A stretch of 62,512 nucleotides of DNA, filler included, from Globobulimina sp. (Eukaryota), in NCBI GenBank assembly GCA_003354225.1. It is 30 parts of 30 records of this genome, joined end to end, with 100 filler letters (N's around TTAATTAATTAA, not from the genome) between each part and the next. Parts side by side here need not be neighbours in the genome. Positions count along the whole stretch, not along the records: positions 22,973 to 24,959 come from PIVH01009971.1; positions 25,060 to 27,046 come from PIVH01009972.1; positions 27,147 to 29,133 come from PIVH01009973.1; positions 29,234 to 31,220 come from PIVH01009974.1; positions 31,321 to 33,307 come from PIVH01009975.1; positions 33,408 to 35,394 come from PIVH01009976.1; positions 35,495 to 37,481 come from PIVH01009977.1; 23 more parts are not named here. One strand, 5' to 3'. Below are positions 22,973-35,829 of the stretch, piece after piece. A program made the translations under genes and the position numbers. The notes below the pieces were generated by a model, which searched no databases, had not been told where the DNA came from, and saw nothing but the letters and a program-made list of their open reading frames with translations. The first letter of the stretch is position 1. Each line of letters begins with the position of its first letter.

Positions 22973-24068
22973 ATAAAAGTATCGGCAAATTGTTGGCTCG
23001 CCATAAGCCCCATTTATTGTGTCCATTATCACCGCTATATCCTTCAGATAATAACTCTTTGTTTAACAGTGTCAATTTTGAGCAATCCTCAATTGTATGA
23101 CGCAATAAATTATAATGACTTATATATGAGGATGGAATATCATATGCATTGTGTAAAAAATATTGATCTTTTTCTTTTTCATTGTGCCAATACAATAATA
23201 AGTCATCGATTTCTTCTTCTTTCATCATATTTGTTGAGGGCTTTGTAAATTGTTTGAAAACATTATCGTTTTCATTCCAACATTGCATAAATTTTTGAGT
23301 TAAATTTTTATCGATCTCACTTAATTCATTTAATTTATCATTTATTATTTTTGTGAATTGAGCATCATAAAAAATAAATTTCTTTAATGGATTATTGCCA
23401 TATTTTTGAATGAATTTGTTTCTTTTAAATGAAATATATTTCATATCAGATCTTTCAATTCGATCTCTAAATTGTTTTAATATTTGTTGTGAATGAAAAG
23501 GAGTCAAGTTTTGTAAAATATTATTTTTCAAATCATTATCATTGCCATTATCATTTAGTGTTTGTTGAATAAGAAATGGAATTAATGTCTTTAATGATTT
23601 TGAATCAATAATAAAATCAGGATTTGGTGGTGTATTATTCTTATTATTTATTTGTGGGTCGTTCTCATTATTATTTATATTATTTATTGGCGTTATGCAG
23701 CCATAACAAATATTGAGCCAATCCCTCCATTTTTCCTGTTTAATTGCTCTATCTATTTCTAATAAATATAAATTTTTTGTTTTATGACACCATAGTAAAT
23801 CACTTGGAAAATGTTCAATAGTTTGCAACTTCTTAATGCAATATAACTGTTTTAATCCTTTCCATAAAATTAAATTTGTATTTGATGATTTATCCATTTC
23901 TAACATTAATGTTTCATATTTTGATTTAATATCGTTAATTATAACTGGTATTTCATTTTCATGTGAATCCGTAGACTGATTCCGAATTAAGTCGATTATA
24001 ACTGGCCATTGTGACTTGGTCAAGCTTTTAAAACAACGTTTGCCTAATTTGCTTAATATGATTGACAT
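22973..24068 (-). CDS. Hypothetical protein, 3'-truncated
   Basis: About 365-aa AT-rich ORF with a presequence-like N-terminus. Confidence 0.6.
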
Positions 24069-24441
24069 TATGTCGGTTCTAACTGAGGATAAACAAAAAG
24101 TTTCGATACAAAACCTCCGTTTATATACGCCTTATCATAACTAACCAACATTTAAAAATCTGAAGCTAGGGCGTGGGGGTTATCATCGTTCATCTTTAAG
24201 TCAGATCACTTACGATTTGAGAGTTTGAGACCATAAACATGTACAAATTTGGTTGAAAAAATAAAAATGCAAGAAAGTCATCGAAAAATGAGAAAAGAAT
24301 TTTGAAAAATATTACATCGCAAATGGATCATCCGTTTGAGTATCATTATTATTATCATCATCGCTACCGTCTGGCTCATCAAAAATAACTTCAACATGAA
24401 TAACTGAACTGTGCCAACGTGGTCTTGATGTCCCAAAACCT

Positions 24442-24949
24442 CTCAGCGTAACGTTACGTATTCCACGAAATCCTGTAATTGGGGACAAATTTAGTAGCCG
24501 TCATGGACAAAAAGGTGTTTTAAGTATCCTTTGGCCACAAGAAGACATGCCATTTAGTGAGAGTGGGATGTCTCCAGATATAATTATCAATCCACATGCC
24601 TTCCCGAGGTACGAAAAAAAAAACAGTAATATATCTACCAGTGCAAACAATGGAACTGCAGCTTAAAGCTTAGAAAATCCCACCACAATGTTTATTTTTG
24701 TGTCTAATCTCTGACTGACTCTCTTAAACCAGCCGCATGACTATCGGAATGCTTATTGAAAGCATGGCTGGAAAGTCAGGTGCCCTTCATGGACATTACC
24801 AGGATGCCACTCCATTTGCCTTCCATGAGAAAGATTCTGTTGTTGGTCATTTCGGGAATGAACTTAGGGCAGCAGGCTATGCATATTACGGGTCTGAACC
24901 TCTCTACAGTGGAGTCACTGGCACAACTCTACATGCGGATATATTTATG
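24442..24949 (+). CDS. RPA2: RNA polymerase I second-largest subunit, internal fragment (2 exons)
   Basis: [48 protein letters not shown] / [20 protein letters not shown]...DATPF...GSEPLYSG, with intron 24609-24732. Confidence 0.9.
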
Positions 24950-25617
24950 GTAAAATTGTNNNNNNNNNNNNNNNNNNNNNNNNNNNNNNNNNNNNNNNNN
25001 NNNTTAATTAATTAANNNNNNNNNNNNNNNNNNNNNNNNNNNNNNNNNNNNNNNNNNNNCCATATGTATAGGATTATTATTGGATGCTGCAGAGGGTGTA
25101 TTTAAATTGAATTGACCGTAATCGTATATATAGTGTGGTGGTGATGGTTGTCCACTTTGCATGTGTTCGTTATTCACGTTTGACTTATTAGACAAAGTTA
25201 CTGCTGGTGACAATGTTAAATGTTTCCATGCAGCGTCGTTTGACATGGTTGGGATGCTATGGTGATCAAAAAAAGATTGAGTATGTTGATACAGTCACTC
25301 TTGATTTCTGATTGATTAGAAAGTGTTTTTATGTGTTGTGTGAGTTCGCTGGTATTATTCATTATGCGTGAGAATAATGATGAAAAAAGCTAATGTCATG
25401 ATGTTTCAATTAAGAAGTAAATGCTGGCGCCAGGTGGAAAACTTTTAACTTTACAACTGTGCTCAACGTCAAATGGTGCAATCAAATTGAAGAAACCTTC
25501 AAGCATTATCCATCATCTCCGAATCGCAATATTCTGATTTGGTGTAAATACCTTTTGATATATTATCAGTATCGTGTGTCACTAGAATTTTGTGTCTATT
25601 GTTTATATCGTTGAACA

Positions 25618-26847
25618 ATGTCAAATGAATCTAAAAAAGAACAAAAAGAGACTAAAACTTCGACCGACAACAATATCGATGATGGCACCAATAACAACAC
25701 CAACAATCAATTGACAAAAACAACAAACAACATCGCTAAAAATCTGACTGTACAGCAACAAGAAATACTCGATTCTGATGAACAGAAACTACCATTAATA
25801 TCATTATCAACTAGTACTCCAACGACAAACCCAAACAATGATAACCCGCAACCAGACGAAGCCGCTAATGATGATCAAGCAAACAGACCCAAAGTATCTG
25901 ATGAAATGAGTTCAGCTCAGTGTGTATTTGATGAACAAACTGGTGAACAAATATTACAGCGAGATATTCCAAATAAAATAATTGTTGCTCGTGGTATGAA
26001 TATATCAAAATATATCCGATGATATATGTACTGCACTTACTTTAAGTGCTTTGTCTTTTACATATTGTGTGTTTTCAGGAAAGAAGATATCATTTTATTA
26101 TGAGAGAGCGCGGAGAGTGTTGCGATTATTTGATGGTATGATTGTAACTGGATTTGGTGCCACTGTATGCATCGCCTGCTCATTGGTTGAGGTCTTAAAA
26201 AGGAACCAAATGGCGGAGATTATTTATATTCAAACCAAATTCGAGACGCCGATCCAAAGTGCTCCACCACAGCCTGCCATTGAGTTCCATTTAAAAGTTG
26301 GTAAATATGGCAAATATTTAAGCGGATATCATCAACGAAAAGTACACTCTGTTCTCTCTCTGTATATATATCTACAGTATACGTACACATATTTTATGTA
26401 CGTCATCTGTAATCTGTATATGTATATAAATGTATACACATATTAGTTTTACATATTTATAAATAGGTCATTGAGTTATTTGAGAAATACGATTGTTTGA
26501 CAGGGTTAGTGACCGTATCAGATGTGAAAAGTATGAATTTATATCAGGTATTTCATGCAAATAATAATCAAATTGTGTCAGCGGAACAATTTATTAATAA
26601 CAAGCATAATTTACATGGTGCAAATAATCAACTTATATTACCGGATTTTATTAAATATTGTTCGTTAATTATTCATCCTTTAATGAAAGATAATATTTTT
26701 AAAAAAATATTATATCAAAACTTTAAAATCGGTAATTATTACAATTTATTAAATCGAGGCATCAATGATAATGATATGGGTTTAAATGATACAAAAGATG
26801 ATCGAAATGTGCTTGATCTGCAAACCGATAACCAACAAAACAGTTAA
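25618..26847 (+). CDS. Alba-domain protein with disordered N-terminus and C-terminal extension, 2 introns
   Basis: Introns 25994-26078 and 26342-26466. NKIIVARG/KKISFYYERARR...VTGFGATVCIACSLVEVLKRN...IQT...PAIEFHL follows the Alba pattern. Confidence 0.72.
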
Positions 26848-27590
26848 TTAATGCGTATACAATTAATAATCCATTCATATCTTTTACATGTAATTACGAT
26901 CCACTTTTTTTGTAAAATAACTAGCCGATAAATCTCATAATAATGATGATAAAGAAAACGTGGATCAAACAAAACAGAATTAATATATAGTTTTGTTATT
27001 TCTGCGTACACTTTTTTTTTGTTTCTCTGTTTGTTTGTTGCTGTTGNNNNNNNNNNNNNNNNNNNNNNNNNNNNNNNNNNNNNNNNNNNNTTAATTAATT
27101 AANNNNNNNNNNNNNNNNNNNNNNNNNNNNNNNNNNNNNNNNNNNNAATAGGGCTTTCCGATATGTACTGCAAATCTAAAAAACTTTTTGAACAGCTCCC
27201 GTCAGCCTCCATCCAGTTCGAAAAGGTAACACAATGCCAAAAAGGTCACATAATTATTGTCGTTTAGCTCAAGAAGAGCCCTGAATGGATACAGAAGATT
27301 CAGGTTCAAATCCTGAGGCGACAGCACACAAACAAACAAAACAACTGTTGATGGTGAATCCTGGTGGGCATTGTGGTGGAGGTGCTATAAAATGGCCAAA
27401 TTTGAAGTTATGGCGCAAGTATTATATCCCCTCCACTTATGGTCCTGCATTGTTTAGGGCGCATTTGATGCAGCAAAGGCAAATAAATTGTTTGTGCCGA
27501 AGGACTTTGTGCCATGGAATGTGTTGTTTTATATGTTAGGACCTAGTTTGACAGGGTCTGGAGGGAATTGTTGGGTGCAAAGTTTAGGTC

Positions 27591-27680
27591 TGCCAATGTA
27601 GGCTCGGCACCAACCAGTGCCAAATGTAGGCTCGGCACCAACCCGTGCCAAATGTAGGCTAGGCACCAATCCGTGCCAAT
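27591..27680. repeat. 28-bp tandem repeat, about 3.2 copies, with internal GTGCC/GGCAC inverted motifs
   Basis: Near-identical adjacent units of gtgccaaatgtaggctcggcaccaaccc. Confidence 0.9.
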
Positions 27681-27913
27681 CACACAGTTCATACATAATC
27701 ACATGTTCTACTTAATGTTTTTAGGCTGCTTCAACCTATGAGCCTGCTCAGCCTGCTCATCTCTCGACTTAATTTATACAAATATTACAATAAATTAATA
27801 GGCAGAAAAAAACAACATGTTAAACAATAAAAAAACAATAAATTAATATTCCAAACATCAAAAAAAAACACAAAATATACAAGTTCACGCGTTTTAATAT
27901 CTTAAACACAATT

Positions 27914-28830
27914 TTACAATTTCTCTCTCGCTCTGTCACCACATCCATTGCGTTTCAATTGGCTATATTCTGCATATTCGGAGTGGCCTTTTAATAATAT
28001 TTTGAATGAATATTTGCGTGGACTTGGTTTCATTTTATTGATGGCACCAAAGCGCGTAATGCCTGTATTTTTATCCATAATATTTGTGAGTGTGCCTGGA
28101 GTCCCTTGAATCAGTGACATGGGATATATCAAAGAGTTTGCTATGCTGCGTTGCTGCGAATCATTCAACTTATTTGATTACCATTGCTATTATTCAGTTG
28201 CTGTATGTATTAAACAAATAATAAATCATTGTTCTTGTCTGCCATCCATTCAATATCGCAATTATATGTATAATCAAATATTTTGTGTGGCATTTGATAT
28301 ATGGTGGCATTTACAAATATATCCAAATGTTTTAATTGTTTGGCGTAATAACCCAAATTATTTACACATAAAATCCACGGACAGTCACATGACACAGACA
28401 CATCCTCAAAATCAAATAAATTGCACGCTGGTATTGACAATGATAAATCTGTGTTTTCTTTATTATTGTTGTTGTTTTTATTTTTGTTTTATTCATGTTA
28501 TCCTTAATAACTGTGATTTTAAATTGATAATCATTTGTTTGTGTGTCTGTTTCCTCAATCATGCCATGTACTGCTCTCTGTAGATGTGAACGAAAGTCCT
28601 TACTTCAACAAAATCTTTTTTTAATCATCAACTCAATGTCACCATGCTGGCACTTACTTAGTGCAGTTTCAACACCATCGAATGTATTGAATGGACCATA
28701 TGCATTGAATAACATCTCAATTGCAATTAAACATTATATGTCCACATAGCTCAATTAGAGCACTGTTTTAAACATGATACAGGTTTAAATCCTGTTGTGG
28801 ACACTCTTGTGCTGAGGCACCACCAGGTTT
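27914..28830 (-). pseudogene. Degraded coding remnant, possibly a SWIM-finger/MULE transposase relic
   Basis: Broken frames; VSCDCP in one frame is followed by CKCHHI in another (CxC..CxH). Confidence 0.3.
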
Positions 28831-29233
28831 GTTGATCCACACAATAAATAACTAAACAAAATATTTATTATATAAATTATATCATTTATCCTCGCACAAA
28901 AATTTCTGTGTGCAAGGATATAATGTAATGTTTGATAATTTAAATTTGTGTGTGTTTGTATTTGATTTATTGTTTTAGTTTGTTTTTTTTGTTTTATTTA
29001 TTTTATTTATTGTTTGATTTTTTGTTTGATTAATAATCAAATAATTAAACGTGTTTATAATCAAATTAATCTGTTTGTTTTTTGTTGTAATTTCTATTAT
29101 TTTGTTGCTCTTTTTTTTGTGATATTATTTTGCNNNNNNNNNNNNNNNNNNNNNNNNNNNNNNNNNNNNNNNNNNNNTTAATTAATTAANNNNNNNNNNN
29201 NNNNNNNNNNNNNNNNNNNNNNNNNNNNNNNNN

Positions 29234-29699
29234 TAACCCCACTATATCACCGACATTTGAGCCAACTGCTGATCCTACAAAAGATTCAACAGATCAACCT
29301 ACGGATACACCAAGCAATGATCCAACAGAAAATCCAACAGCTGTTCCAACTGATGATCCAACAGAAATGCCAACCTATTTACCAACAGATTTAGCGATGT
29401 CAGATAATATTCCGAGCAATGATCCATCGATATCAATGGATATGGTAACCGATGCACCCTCACATTCACATATTGCTTATAATGTAACTGGAGAAGAGTT
29501 AGGACCATCACCTGCTAAATGTCCATTATGTTGGTTATGGATATTAACTGTGATATTATTTTGTTGTTGTTGTGGTGGTATTATATTTTTGATATTAAAA
29601 ATAAAGAAAAGTAAACAAAAAGAAGGATATGGACATACGGTCGAGGAGTCAATATCTGCTGCAACTGATGATGAATTACAACAACTCGCTGTTTCATAA
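29234..29699 (+). CDS. PT-repeat type I membrane protein, C-terminal part
   Basis: PTxxP repeats, a Cys-rich TM helix and a basic stop-transfer segment. Confidence 0.75.
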
Positions 29700-30431
29700 A
29701 CTACAATAAAAAAATAAATAATATTATTGACATTTATCGCAAACAAATTACTTGTAACTTTTTATGCCTTTTATGTATTTTTATTTTTTTGTGTGTGTTA
29801 GTTTTATGTTGTTCAATACCTATTAAATTTATTGTAGTGATCGGATTTCAACTTTTGCAGTGATTTTATGTACAAACTGAAGAAATGTGTGTTTTCATAT
29901 TAAAATCAGACAAGTCTCAAATGAAATCGATGAATAGTTGTGGCTGCAGTGCGCTATAAAGAAATCTGTGTGTAGGTGATGAGGTAGTCAAATAAATAAA
30001 AAAGGAATGTTTCAAAAAGGAATGTTGTAAAGTATATGCAAAATAACATCAAAAAAATTATTCACTGTTCGGACTTTTAAATCATGTGTGGACAAAAAGA
30101 TTTATTTAAGCTGATTTTCATTAAAATATACGTAGAGATGATAATTAATCTATATAAACGAAATCAAAAGTGGTATGAATAGCACATATTGAAAGACATT
30201 GTTTTTAAAATTACGGTTTGGATTGAAAACATTTCCTTTTTGAAACACTGCATGTTTATATTATATGGGATGTTTATATTCTATGGGATATGTTTGTTAT
30301 TATGTTTAATACTCATATTAACTTAAAAACTATTATTGTATTTTTAATATTTAAAATGTGTTGATTTGCTATCTCATAATTGAAACAACAACAATTTACA
30401 AAAATGGATGTCACTTTGTTTTAATGTTCAT

Positions 30432-31220
30432 TTAAATTTTCCCAATTATTATTCGTGTTTCATACCATCCAGGATACATTTCAAGTATTTCTTCATCTTT
30501 ATCAAAATAATTTGAATTAAATAATAATGGTTTCTTAATAAAATATGGCGGATTGGCATCATGAACATATAAACATTCATTAAATTTATTATATCCCCAT
30601 AAATAAAATTTATTATCCGCTGTTTTAATAATATTATGAAAGCAACAACATTTAATATCAATAATTGTTTCCTTTTTTAATGTTTCATTTGGTTGTGGTA
30701 AATATACACTGTCATCTGAACCATTGCCACATTGATACAAGTTATTAATTCCAAAACAATATACCTTATTATTTATTAAAATATATTTGTAAAAATAAAT
30801 AAACACAAAAAGATCAAAACTTTATTATTTAATGATAATAATATATTATGCCAAGCACCACAACATATTTTACCAATTTTAATATTGTTTTGAATAAAAT
30901 ATTGTATTCTTGTTGGTGAATATCTATTATTATCATCTCCATGGCCTAAACTGCCCTCTCTGGCACGTCCCCATGACCAAACACCGTAATTATCATCAAT
31001 TGCTAAGGTATGAGAACAGCCACAATATATATCCTTAAATTTTATTTTTATTTGAATTTCTTGAATATTTGGCGATGATTCAATATCTTCCCCTAATCCT
31101 AAACCACCACTACCTTCATCATAACCAGCAACATATATTTTACCATTTGTGCTTAAAAATGTTGTATAATTTCTTGAAGTAGCTACTTTTTGAATCGATA
31201 ATGATGTATTAATTGGTGTC
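30432..31220 (-). CDS. RCC1/BLIP-II repeat protein, 5'-truncated, 1 intron
   Basis: CGCSHTLAI...VWSWG...GSLGHG and CGAWHNILL / VYCFG.N...QCG repeats, with intron 30765-30820. Confidence 0.88.
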
Positions 31221-31320
31221 NNNNNNNNNNNNNNNNNNNNNNNNNNNNNNNNNNNNNNNNNNNNTTAATTAATTAANNNNNNNNNNNNNNNNNNNNNNNN
31301 NNNNNNNNNNNNNNNNNNNN

Positions 31321-32942
31321 GTTTCATTGTTGTCGTTAAACATCCAACACTGACAATCTTGTGGTAACTGTGCATACTCATTATCACAAACAGCAATCTT
31401 ATTATTGTTGTTATTAATTGTCCACAGTGATAATGTTTTATTCCAATATATTACGATATCAATGCGTTGATTGATGAATGTGTAATGTCCATTTATAATT
31501 TCGTTTTTATTTACTTTGTATACTCCATACAAATATTGATAATGCGAATATTTCCGGATCGCATATAAACAAAAATTAAAATAATCAACAAAACATGAAC
31601 TATATTCAATAAAAAAAGTATGATCTACAGTGGCTTCGGTCGTATCTAAATCAAAAATATACCATTTATCATCACATAGCCATGGCGATAATATTAATTC
31701 ATTATCATTGTCATCAGATATGTGTCCATTGTGTTTATAAATAGTACAAAATGCAATCAATCTTCTATCCTTTATATCCATTATTGAGTGTGCCATATAT
31801 TGTCCATCATGTAACCATATATTATTTTTATTAATTATTGATTGTTTGCCTGTAACCGCTCCTTCTCGCTCCCATAAAGCAACTCCATTATGAATCTGAT
31901 GATATGTACCAATATAGTTCGCCATTGCATTATTATCTGATGACACACATAAATATCTATCTGATGCCTCACAAAATGTATTTGCAGAATCAAATTCTGC
32001 ATTTAATACATAAGACTGACTTGAATTAAACGTAAACCATGTTTCACATAATGATGGATCATTTACTGATTGGTTGCAATATGCATAAATATTACGCTTA
32101 TTATTATCGAATGAGACCGTATATGTATTAGATATGAGCCAATACCATCCGTTCACTTCATTATCAATGTATAAAAATATATAATACTCATCAATTACAT
32201 TTAATAATTGCTGTTTTATCCATACTGGATGCTGATTTATATTAAATGTTGCTGTTTGTTTTTGATATTGTCCATCTAAAAAATAATACTCACCGGTTAT
32301 GGATGTATCTTCAATGCAAATAATCTCTGGATATTGCATTGTATTGTCACATTTAATCGAGATGGTTATTTGTGTGGTGTTTGATGTGTTTATGAGGAGG
32401 TATCCCGATAATTGAGTGATCATTCGGGTTGGAATGGTTATTTGTTGATCAATGCTGTCTGTGCCTGATAACATGTATACATTGTTCATGTCATTTGGAT
32501 TTATTATTAGTACAGCCAATGCATTCAGTTGTTGCATGTTTAATGTCCATTGTTGCGGGTTACATACATCAAAATATTCATGTTTCGAGTATATTAACAC
32601 AATTTTATGGTATATTGATGTAATTGTGTAATTGGAGAGATTTGATAGGTTGCACGGATTTACATTTGCAGGGAATATGCATATTGATGCGTGTTTTATT
32701 GGATATTCATAATAATATGGTTCGAAATTCACTCTTGATGATAATATTGTACCTTGCAAATGAGGTGGATTCTCGACATATACTAATCCATAATTCGAAC
32801 TGCATGTTAACAACGGTTCTGTTGTATAATATGAAGATTTTGGACTGGATGTGGTTATGACAGCTGGTGTTGTAACATTTTGAGAGCTGGATATATAAAT
32901 GACAAAAAATAAAAACACAATGACCAACCGTTTGGAGGACAT
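31321..32942 (-). CDS. Secreted or surface protein with PA domain and three Cys/Trp repeats, 3'-truncated
   Basis: Signal peptide; KIVLI..C......QQLNALAVLIIN...ITIPTRMI..G is PA-like; three repeats of about 110 aa follow. Confidence 0.75.
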
Positions 32943-33063
32943 TAAATTAATTTGAGTACGTTAGCTCGGTTTACTTCACACTGACGAAATGATAATAGAA
33001 ATATTACACGAGCACAAAAGCATTTTAAACTAAAAAAATTAAACAAAACAATTTTAAACAATT

Positions 33064-33307
33064 TTAAACATCAGAATCATTTGAATCATTCGATACGTCT
33101 GTGAACAATTCCTCTTCTTTTCCGTTTGCTGGATATATGTTATAAAACTCAGAATAACACGGTTTACAAACCCTAACAACTTTATCTTTATTCACCTTTG
33201 ATGCTAACTTATACTTTCCACATTTGCCACATACTAACTTGCCACAATACCGACAATGATGTTTCCTATTCACAAAAGAGAATTTTGCGCCACAGCCATC
33301 AATCTGA
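33064..33307 (-). CDS. FYVE zinc finger, C-terminal part of a gene
   Basis: C...FSFVNRKHHCRYCGKLVCGKC...VRVCKPCY. Confidence 0.9.
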
Positions 33308-33407
33308 NNNNNNNNNNNNNNNNNNNNNNNNNNNNNNNNNNNNNNNNNNNNTTAATTAATTAANNNNNNNNNNNNNNNNNNNNNNNNNNNNNNNNNNNNN
33401 NNNNNNN

Positions 33408-34375
33408 TCGTAGGCTTCGTCTCCGACGGCATAGCGGTGCGGCAGCGGCGAATTCATGCGGGTTTTGTCGGGCACTCCGCCGCTCATCGTCACGTTGGTG
33501 GCGTTGCCGGCCGAGCGCGAGTTGCTGGTGTTGGAGATGGACGTATTGGTGCCGAGGTTGACGTTGCCGCTGCTGGAATAGCCGTCGTTTTTGTGGTGCC
33601 GCGAGTTGTATCGCTGTAACTGGTCGTAGATACTGGGCGGGCCATCGGGCGGCGAGGGGTCTATGTTGATGATGGCAGGGTGGCGCACTACGGACAGTAG
33701 CTCGCGGAGCTGATCGCGTATATATTGGTCCGGATGGAGGTACCATAACAGGATATAGCCCTCGATCAAGAGACGAATATGCGGCCACATTTCGCGCAGA
33801 GACAAGGCGTTGCGCACCCGGTAGAATTCCTGGTTGACATCGTCGTACTCCACGCTCGGTTCGTGGATGGTGTACTTGTGCATGGGGATGGGCAGGTTTT
33901 TAGAGGTGGTTTTGTTGCCGGCGACGGCATCGATGATGTTGTTGATGCTCCCAAATTCTTCCTCGATCAGTTCGTCGTATTCGGAGTCGGAGAGGTTGTG
34001 TGCTCCGGAGTTGTTGGAGGCGAATTGCGCGTTTTTTTGGGAGAGGTAGTATTGTTGGATGTAGCCGAGCTCGTCGAGGCGTTCCAAGTACGAGATGAGT
34101 TTGATGATGATTTTGGATAAGACTTCGATGGTAATTTTGAGATGGTTGACATTGAATCGTTTGAAGTCGCGCATCGGGGATAACAATGAGGAGACGACGG
34201 GGATTAAATGGTTCTCAAAATCAATTTCGACGTAATTTATTAAGTTATCTGCAGCTAATCTGGCAAAGTGCTGATTGGTAGCTTTGCCGTTGATCAATTG
34301 CACCATACACATGACTTCATTGTGGATGTCTTCTACGCGTTCACGCGGCGAACGGATGGTAGGCCAGCATTGCAA
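33408..34375 (-). CDS. Hypothetical protein, 3'-truncated, GC3-rich
   Basis: ORF of more than 320 aa with helical and low-complexity parts. Confidence 0.6.
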
Positions 34376-34675
34376 TGCTAATAATTGAAAGTCGGAGCCA
34401 TTGGCACCTCGGACAAAGCTATATATAATGCATAATTACAACTGCGCTCGTCGGAGAATTGATTAATGTTTTTCAAAATTAATGCAGTAACTTCAGTGTT
34501 TTTTTAATCATTTCTAGTTTTCACAATTTTCTCGCTCCTTTTTTCTACAAAAAGCGATTAGTATAACTAGCAGAAGTACCTCATCTCTGTTTTATAGTCA
34601 GTTGTTTACTCAAAATCAACCTAATCTGTTTACACAAAGAAGCGGCGAATATCATAATCAAAAAAAAACGCAGAA

Positions 34676-35275
34676 ATGTCATTCACCAAAAACAAAGAAA
34701 TAGTTTCCGTAGACTCATCTCCCTCATCCTCACCCTCACCCTCAGTCTCGCCGTCATCGTCGCCATCGCCGGTTATACAGAATAAGATTGACATTATGTT
34801 TGACGAATGTCATTGGTACGATATCCCCTGTCCCCATCCATCCTGTTATGCAAAGAATATTCGTTTTGATGCGCATCAAAAATTTAAATTACATCACGAA
34901 CAATTCCATTGTCCCCGGGGCGAGAATGGCGACATCGACCGGGCCAAAGGCAGTCTAAGATGGCAGTGTCCAGTGATAACGACGCGGATCCGCCATGGCC
35001 AAGAACTCACGCAGCAATGTAATAAAATCAGTAATTCGTGGTACAATTATGCTGGACATATTACCTCGCATCAAGAGATTGGCCATGGTTGGGGCTGTGC
35101 GCTCAAACCGGCCGGCAAACGAAAAAAAACCAACGTGAAACGAGCCATTTATAACCACAAAACTGGAAAAATTCACAAACAAACCGTTTGCGGCAAAAGA
35201 ACATCTACAAAACATCACTTATTGGCCCATATGGCAAATGTCCATAAAACGCATAATGTGATTGATACAGTTTAG
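34676..35275 (+). CDS. C2H2 zinc-finger protein (three fingers with long CxC loops)
   Basis: CPHPSC..F....F..HHEQFH; WQC...CNK........HITSH; WGC...CGKR.....HL..HMANVH. Confidence 0.8.
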   Translation: MSFTKNKEIVSVDSSPSSSPSPSVSPSSSPSPVIQNKIDIMFDECHWYDIPCPHPSCYAKNIRFDAHQKFKLHHEQFHCPRGENGDIDRAKGSLRWQCPVITTRIRHGQELTQQCNKISNSWYNYAGHITSHQEIGHGWGCALKPAGKRKKTNVKRAIYNHKTGKIHKQTVCGKRTSTKHHLLAHMANVHKTHNVIDTV

Positions 35276-35494
35276 TTATTACATAAAATCGTGCAAATTA
35301 AATGCATTTTTAATTGGCGATTACATGCATTTTTAATTTACTTATTTTTTGAATTTCGTCAGTTGTGCAAATTGTAGAAATTTGTGTTTACATTNNNNNN
35401 NNNNNNNNNNNNNNNNNNNNNNNNNNNNNNNNNNNNNNTTAATTAATTAANNNNNNNNNNNNNNNNNNNNNNNNNNNNNNNNNNNNNNNNNNNN

Positions 35495-35788
35495 TGAGAC
35501 AACTGATGCAATTTCACTATATTTTACTGTAGCGATTGTTGCGTTTGATAATGCGGACGATTCACGCGTATAATGAGTTAGTTCTGTTGCTAACGATTGG
35601 AAACTTTTTTGTTTTCCATGGTGGTGTGGCACTGACGAATGGTTTATTTGGTGTAACGATGCATATTGAGGTGTTATACTCACATTGAGATAATTTCCTG
35701 TTTTCAACGGCACAGATGTGTCATGTGATTCATCGTGATCCGGTGGTTGGTATTTTAGTTCTTCATCATCTTCGTTTTGGGAATCCAT
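35495..35788 (-). CDS. Hypothetical protein N-terminus
   Basis: ATG at 35788, open to the contig end, disordered composition. Confidence 0.5.
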
Positions 35789-35829
35789 TTAGAATTAAAA
35801 AAAACTCTTTGACTCGTTAGAAGCACAGG

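Noticed and set aside
27591-27680. Mini CRISPR array
   Set aside because: The units are directly adjacent with no unique spacers, and there are no cas genes.
33360-34152. Multiple overlapping ORFs on both strands
   Set aside because: These are shadow ORFs expected from GC3-rich coding sequence; the same applies within VPS35.
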